From assembly GCA_965207345.1 (NCBI GenBank), contig OZ242280.1, forward strand, positions 760,316 through 824,315: a stretch of 64,000 bases of DNA. The letters run 5' to 3'. Position 1 is the first letter of the stretch. Each line of letters opens with the position of its first letter. The notes beneath the pieces are model-generated. The model was given only the letters and a program-made list of their open reading frames with translations, searched no databases and was not told the origin of the DNA. Positions 59,345-64,000 of the stretch are shown piece by piece. The position numbers and the translations under genes are program-made. Source of the stretch: Gammaproteobacteria bacterium. Lineage in GTDB: Bacteria > Pseudomonadota > Gammaproteobacteria > PS1 > Pseudothioglobaceae.

Positions 59345-60160
59345 GTGCCTTTAAAATACATACACAGTTATGGCAAGAAAGAGCAACAACGTCTATTAGC
59401 CCAAGCAAAGTTTCTTGAACCATATATTTATCCATATCTAAGTTTTAGTATAGGTGATGATATCCTTGAAATTGGTTGCGGAGTGGGCGCGCAAATTAAA
59501 ACAATTTTAAAACGTCATCATGTCACCCATATTACAGGGATTGATTTTTCATGTGTGCAAATAAGCAGTGCCAAAAAATTATTGGCAAAGGAGGTAAAAA
59601 ATAATACAGTGCGTTTAATTGTTAGTGCAGGCGAGCGCTTACCATTTAAGGATGAATCATTTGATGCAATTTATATTTTTTTTGTGTTAGAACATGTATC
59701 AAATCCAGATATCATTTTAACAGAGGCGCGACGTGTATTAAGACAAGGCGGTAAATTTTATTGTACAGAAGTATTTAATGCAGGACTTTATATTTATCCA
59801 GAAAGTGTTTTTTTAATGGATTATTGGCAACGTTTTAATATATTGCAACGTCAAATAGGCGGTCATCCAGATATTGGCATAAGACTCGCGAATTATGCAA
59901 TTGATGTAGGTTATCAAGTGGAATATTTTTTAATTTTACCCGTTACACTAGACCAGCGTATAAATGTTTCATCAAAGCGCACACATTTTTTAAATATGTT
60001 GCAAGAATTATTTTTAAGTGCACATGCACTGCTTATAGATAAAAATATGGTGAGTAAATATGCTAAAAGGCAAGTCTTAACTGAGTTTGCGCATCTTAGA
60101 AAATATCCATACACAATTTTTTCTTACCCCACTTATCAAATATGTGCGCGAAAAATATAA
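59345..60160 (+). CDS. Class I SAM-dependent methyltransferase
   Basis: 271 aa with SAM motif I ILEIGCGVGAQ, post-I GIDFS and motif II/III FDAIYIFFVLEHV...LRQGGKF. It has a GTG start. Confidence 0.75.
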   Translation: MPLKYIHSYGKKEQQRLLAQAKFLEPYIYPYLSFSIGDDILEIGCGVGAQIKTILKRHHVTHITGIDFSCVQISSAKKLLAKEVKNNTVRLIVSAGERLPFKDESFDAIYIFFVLEHVSNPDIILTEARRVLRQGGKFYCTEVFNAGLYIYPESVFLMDYWQRFNILQRQIGGHPDIGIRLANYAIDVGYQVEYFLILPVTLDQRINVSSKRTHFLNMLQELFLSAHALLIDKNMVSKYAKRQVLTEFAHLRKYPYTIFSYPTYQICARKI

Positions 60161-60188
60161 ATTATGGAAAGATAAAAACTAAAGAGCT

Positions 60189-60875
60189 TTAGTATTTATG
60201 CCTGTAATCTAGTTGTTTATAAATCAGTGATAGAGAAATAAGCATCCAATAAGTTATAATTATCTTGATAACTATCATCATAATAAAAATGGGAGTATTT
60301 TGCGTTAGTAACACAAATGGCAGCATCACAAACATTGGCAGAATTGCTTGCAATGTTACAAAACTAAAACGCACACTGTAATTCATTGGATAAGGCCTAT
60401 TCTCTGCCTCTATTGCAATACCGACTAATTTCATCATCATAGGAGCGATTAAATAATATACAACAAAATAAAGGATTGGTAGCTTTGTTATTAAAATAGG
60501 TAAAACAAGCAAAATTTGCACCAACACTAAAATCAGAAAAAAATGCCCCAAACGCATGTCAGGTAGCCAAACACCAAACCTTGCAATGCTATTCTCACCT
60601 AAAATTACCAAGCGATGAATATTAATAGAAAGTAGTACGTACGCATAAAGTGCAAGTAATAAGTAAAATAACAGCGCGCTTGGTATAGATAATTGCGTAG
60701 TTTTCAATGCATTTAGCGGTTGGCTTTGTATTATCGTCATTAAATGCGTGAAACTAAAAATAAATGGCAACATCAACAATATTGGAATAATGGATAATTC
60801 TAAAATTCTTTTTGCATAAAGTACCATCCAAGAAAAACTTGCCGAAGTAATTTTTAAAATGCTCAGTTTATTCAT
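60189..60875 (-). CDS. Polytopic membrane protein, unknown function
   Basis: 228 aa with about 6 hydrophobic helices and no recognisable motif. Confidence 0.4.
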   Translation of the reverse strand: MNKLSILKITSASFSWMVLYAKRILELSIIPILLMLPFIFSFTHLMTIIQSQPLNALKTTQLSIPSALLFYLLLALYAYVLLSINIHRLVILGENSIARFGVWLPDMRLGHFFLILVLVQILLVLPILITKLPILYFVVYYLIAPMMMKLVGIAIEAENRPYPMNYSVRFSFVTLQAILPMFVMLPFVLLTQNTPIFIMMIVIKIIITYWMLISLSLIYKQLDYRHKY

Positions 60876-60889
60876 AGTAATTTTTTTTG

Positions 60890-62515
60890 TCAGCGCACAA
60901 TAGCAACATAAATAGTTAGGCCTTCGCCATATTTAATCAAGTCGCTTACTAGATTATTCCATTTTTTTAAATCATCAATTTGTACTTTAAAGCGCCTGGC
61001 AAGTTTTGATAGAGTATCACCTTTTCTAATTGGATAATAAATTTTTCTGGTAATTTTCACTCCCGTTCTTAAATTTTTGTTAATGAGTGCATCATCAATT
61101 TTTTTTTGTCGCCAAATAATAAGTGGTGTATTGATTTGAATTAGGTCTGGTTTTTTAATTTTATTCCAGGCAATCAAACTTGCAACTTGCACTTTATATT
61201 GCTTGGCAATATACCAAATATTTTCACCAGGGCGAACAAGATGAATAGTTTTTATTTTTTGATTTGAAAGTCGCTTTGCTTTTTCTGTAGGCGAAAGAGT
61301 GTGGTAAGAAGTATTATAATCTTTTAAAATTGGTATGATTAAAAAATCACCATCCAGATGGTCTTTAACAATCTGATTGATACGCTTTAGCTGTGCAACT
61401 TCAAGGTTGTAAATATGGGCAATATCAATTATTTTTTCATTATTTTTAATTGGGTGGCGCGTCCATTCTAACTGTGATGACAATGGCAGATTACGTAGTG
61501 CTTTTTTGAATTTTGACATAACTTTTTTAAGTAGCACTAGTTGATAATTAGCATCGGGCGGTGTCGTCCAACGGTTAAGCCCAGGATTTAATTCATAAAT
61601 AAGTTCTAAGTCCAGGCCGCTTAATTCACTGATTGTTCTAACATCAAGCTGTGATTTTAACGCTATACTTTCCAGTTTAGGTTTGTTAGGAATTACAAAA
61701 AGTTTTTGTCCATAGTGCTTTGGGTTTGCAATAATTTTTTTCAGTGCAAATAATTTTAGCACATAATTTTTTGTTTCTGGCGGTAGCGATAAATGCCAAA
61801 AATCAGTAGGCTTATTTAAAGATTGATTTTTTTTAATCGCTTTTTGCAAACGGCCAGGCCCTGCATTATAGGCAGCCAAGATGAGTAATATATCTCCATC
61901 AAATAAAATACTTAGGTTTTTAAAATATTTGGCCGCTGCTTTAGTAGATGAAATGACGTCTCTTCGTGCATCATACCACCAATTTTGTTTTAAACCATAG
62001 GCTGCGCCTGTGCTAGGAATAAATTGCCATAAGCCGCTTGCTGCGCCTGGAGAATAAGAAAATGGATAGTAAGCAGATTCTATAATAGGCAGGAGTGCTA
62101 ATTCAATGGGTAAATTTTGTGTTTCTATGATTTGCGTGACAAAATATAAATATAGATGTGCACGCTTACTGATACGCGTTAAATATTCGGGACGTTTTTC
62201 AAACCATGTTATATAATCTTTAATTTTCTCGTCTGGTAGATGTTGCAGTTTAGATTTATGATTAATGTAGTCCCATACATTGTCAAAATTACTTGGAGAT
62301 GCTACTTTTATTTCAACTTCTGGCGTTTGTGCGTGCAGTGGGTTAAATACTAAAAACAAACAAAATAGCACCAACCAATCCCAGTTTTTTCTAAAAGTAA
62401 AGCACGTCTGTCTAAAAATATTTTTTTGCAAGAAATTAATGAGCACATTGCGGTGAAGTAGGGGCACCATGGTGTTTTTGTTGCCATTCATCTTGAGTAT
62501 AAGTGTGCATCGCAA
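60890..62515 (-). CDS. mltD: Membrane-bound lytic murein transglycosylase D-like (SLT domain plus LysM repeats)
   Basis: Has the SLT catalytic context LPIIESAYYPFSYSPGAASGLWQF, AAYNAGPG and at least two C-terminal LysM-like repeats (GENIWYIAKQY..., GDTLSKLARRF...). The true start is probably internal (Met16 at 62470 or nearby), ahead of the signal peptide WLVLFCLFLVF. Confidence 0.8.
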   Translation of the reverse strand: MRCTLILKMNGNKNTMVPLLHRNVLINFLQKNIFRQTCFTFRKNWDWLVLFCLFLVFNPLHAQTPEVEIKVASPSNFDNVWDYINHKSKLQHLPDEKIKDYITWFEKRPEYLTRISKRAHLYLYFVTQIIETQNLPIELALLPIIESAYYPFSYSPGAASGLWQFIPSTGAAYGLKQNWWYDARRDVISSTKAAAKYFKNLSILFDGDILLILAAYNAGPGRLQKAIKKNQSLNKPTDFWHLSLPPETKNYVLKLFALKKIIANPKHYGQKLFVIPNKPKLESIALKSQLDVRTISELSGLDLELIYELNPGLNRWTTPPDANYQLVLLKKVMSKFKKALRNLPLSSQLEWTRHPIKNNEKIIDIAHIYNLEVAQLKRINQIVKDHLDGDFLIIPILKDYNTSYHTLSPTEKAKRLSNQKIKTIHLVRPGENIWYIAKQYKVQVASLIAWNKIKKPDLIQINTPLIIWRQKKIDDALINKNLRTGVKITRKIYYPIRKGDTLSKLARRFKVQIDDLKKWNNLVSDLIKYGEGLTIYVAIVR

Positions 62516-62735
62516 GAGCGTGAATTTTTTTTAATTCATCGGCAAATAAAGTATTTACTGCCCGATGTCTTGTAATTAAACTCATATTATCAAAAGTATT
62601 GCTCACAATAATAATTTTAAAATGCGATTCACTCGCTGGGCCTGCGTGTTGCCCGCTTTCATTGTGAACCTCATAATGACTTGGCATAAATGTGGCGATA
62701 ATTTTTTCTGAAAGTATATTTTCCATTGCCATCAT
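62436..62735 (-). CDS. bolA: BolA family protein
   Basis: 99 aa with ...EVHNESGQHAGPASESHFKIIIVSNTF...RHRAVNTLFADELKK.IHALAMHTYT, the BolA fold signature. Confidence 0.8.
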   Translation of the reverse strand: MMAMENILSEKIIATFMPSHYEVHNESGQHAGPASESHFKIIIVSNTFDNMSLITRHRAVNTLFADELKKIHALAMHTYTQDEWQQKHHGAPTSPQCAH

Positions 62736-62763
62736 TTTTACCTCTTTTAATTATTATTACTAT

Positions 62764-63756
62764 TTAATGGTTTAAAAGTTCAAACGCATCTGAATAAAAA
62801 TTTTGTTTCTTTAAGCCGTGTGTAATAAAAGTGCTCGCCGCAGTTTCAACCATAATAGGTGGTCCACAAACATAAGCTTCATAAGGCGATAAATCCTTAA
62901 TATCCTCTAATAGCGCTTCATGGACAAAACCAACTCTGCCTAGCCAATTAGGATTTGCTTCTGATAACACAGGAATAAACTTAATATGATTGTATTTATT
63001 CGCCCATCCAAACGGCAAGTTCATATAAAAATCAACCTCATCCCTAACACCCCAGTATAGCACAATAGGGCGCTTTTGACTAGTTAAACTATGTTCTATC
63101 ATTGCTTTGATAGGGCCAAAACCTGTGCCGCCAGCAAGCATAATGATAGGCATATTCCCCCCTCTTAAATAAAAACTGCCTTTTGGCCCTTCAATTTGAA
63201 GTAGTGTTTTTTCTTTTAATTCTTCAAAAATAAAATGCGTAAAGCGCCCATCTATAACAAGACGAATATGAAATTCAATGAGATTAGAATTAGTCGGTGC
63301 ATTGGCGATAGAAAAAGAACGCGCTTTAAAATCAGGATGCATTAAATTAACATACTGCCCTGCAAAAAATTGCATAGTATCGTTTGATATCTTGACTGTC
63401 ATTTTTACCACATCATGATTTAGATGCTCAATTGCTACTACTGTGCATGAATAAGTTTTGCTTTCAATCATAGTACTCGTTGTAATTTCATTAACTTCAA
63501 TAATTAGATTACTAAGCGCCTTGGACTGACACATTAATGCAAAACCTTCTGCGCGCTCTAATACCTTAATGCCTTTGGGAAGCGGTGATGGGTGATTAAT
63601 TTCGCCTTTAATCACAACCCCTTTACACTTACCACAAAGTCCTTTTTGACAACCGTAGGGAAAATTAAAACCAGCACTGAGTGCTGCTGCTAATATTGAT
63701 TCATCAGCTTTTATAGAAAAGCGGTGATTTGTTGTTTTATTGACGATCTGATACAT
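62764..63756 (-). CDS. 2Fe-2S ferredoxin / FNR-type flavin reductase fusion (CDP-6-deoxy-3,4-glucoseen reductase-like)
   Basis: 330 aa with an N-terminal plant-type ferredoxin (CQKGLCGKCKG...MCQS), the FAD motif RSFSIAN and the NAD(P) motif MLAGGTGFGP. Confidence 0.8.
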   Translation of the reverse strand: MYQIVNKTTNHRFSIKADESILAAALSAGFNFPYGCQKGLCGKCKGVVIKGEINHPSPLPKGIKVLERAEGFALMCQSKALSNLIIEVNEITTSTMIESKTYSCTVVAIEHLNHDVVKMTVKISNDTMQFFAGQYVNLMHPDFKARSFSIANAPTNSNLIEFHIRLVIDGRFTHFIFEELKEKTLLQIEGPKGSFYLRGGNMPIIMLAGGTGFGPIKAMIEHSLTSQKRPIVLYWGVRDEVDFYMNLPFGWANKYNHIKFIPVLSEANPNWLGRVGFVHEALLEDIKDLSPYEAYVCGPPIMVETAASTFITHGLKKQNFYSDAFELLNH

Positions 63757-63874
63757 AAAATACAGAGAAAAGTAACATTATACTTTATAACATATCTAAA
63801 ATACGCACTCCTCCCTAGCATTTTTAATAGAATTTTATTTTTGTATTATTCGTATTTCTTAAAAAATAGTATTG

Positions 63875-64000
63875 ATGTCATCTTTGTCACCACCTTATGT
63901 CATTTTTTTAATGGGACCAACTGCTGCAGGAAAAACAGCATTAGCCACTACACTTGTAAAATATTTGCCATGTGATATTATCAGCGTAGATGCAACAATG
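63875..64000 (+). CDS. miaA: tRNA dimethylallyltransferase, N-terminal 42 codons (continues beyond window)
   Basis: Own translation gives [42 protein letters not shown], which has the P-loop and ISVDS-like motif of MiaA. Confidence 0.85.
   Translation, partial: MSSLSPPYVIFLMGPTAAGKTALATTLVKYLPCDIISVDATM

Overview
AT-rich (about 30-33% GC by eye) gammaproteobacterial chromosome segment. Most of it is densely packed housekeeping genes: oadGAB, infA, ftsQ-ddl-murB, ung, pdxB, cysS, leuB, hda, pgsA, purMN, uvrA, guaB, valS, recR-ybaB-dnaX, an RND pump, kdsA, trpC, rsmE, mltD, bolA and miaA. RNA genes are tRNA-Leu(CAA), tRNA-Ser(GCT) and tmRNA (ssrA). There are two accessory regions. (1) 41981-49995 holds a complete-looking but damaged type I-F variant CRISPR-Cas locus on the minus strand. 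It reads cas1, cas2-HD, cas3 helicase, two ORFs of about 330 aa, then cas6f, a leader, and an array of 24 identical 28-nt I-F repeats. No Cas8f/Csy1-sized gene is present, so this is the minimal I-F2/I-Fv layout. cas2-3 is broken by clustered frame changes between the HD and helicase parts. (2) 51018-59130 is a decayed mosaic between the convergent 3' ends of tRNA-Ser and ssrA. It is bounded by a 92-bp inverted repeat that starts exactly at each RNA gene end. Inside are a 0.87-kb direct duplication carrying a cold-shock gene, several pseudogenes, an acyltransferase/MaoC pair and IS3-family remnants. Other points of interest are an operon of two ATP-grasp ligases plus an MFS transporter, a dnaX gene that stops just after an in-phase A10 slippery run while the -1 frame stays open for about 54 more codons, a TrpD-like/Rieske/DoxX trio, and a degraded 1-kb gap between leuB and hda. 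All calls come from reading the ORF translations and the DNA by eye; no database search was possible.
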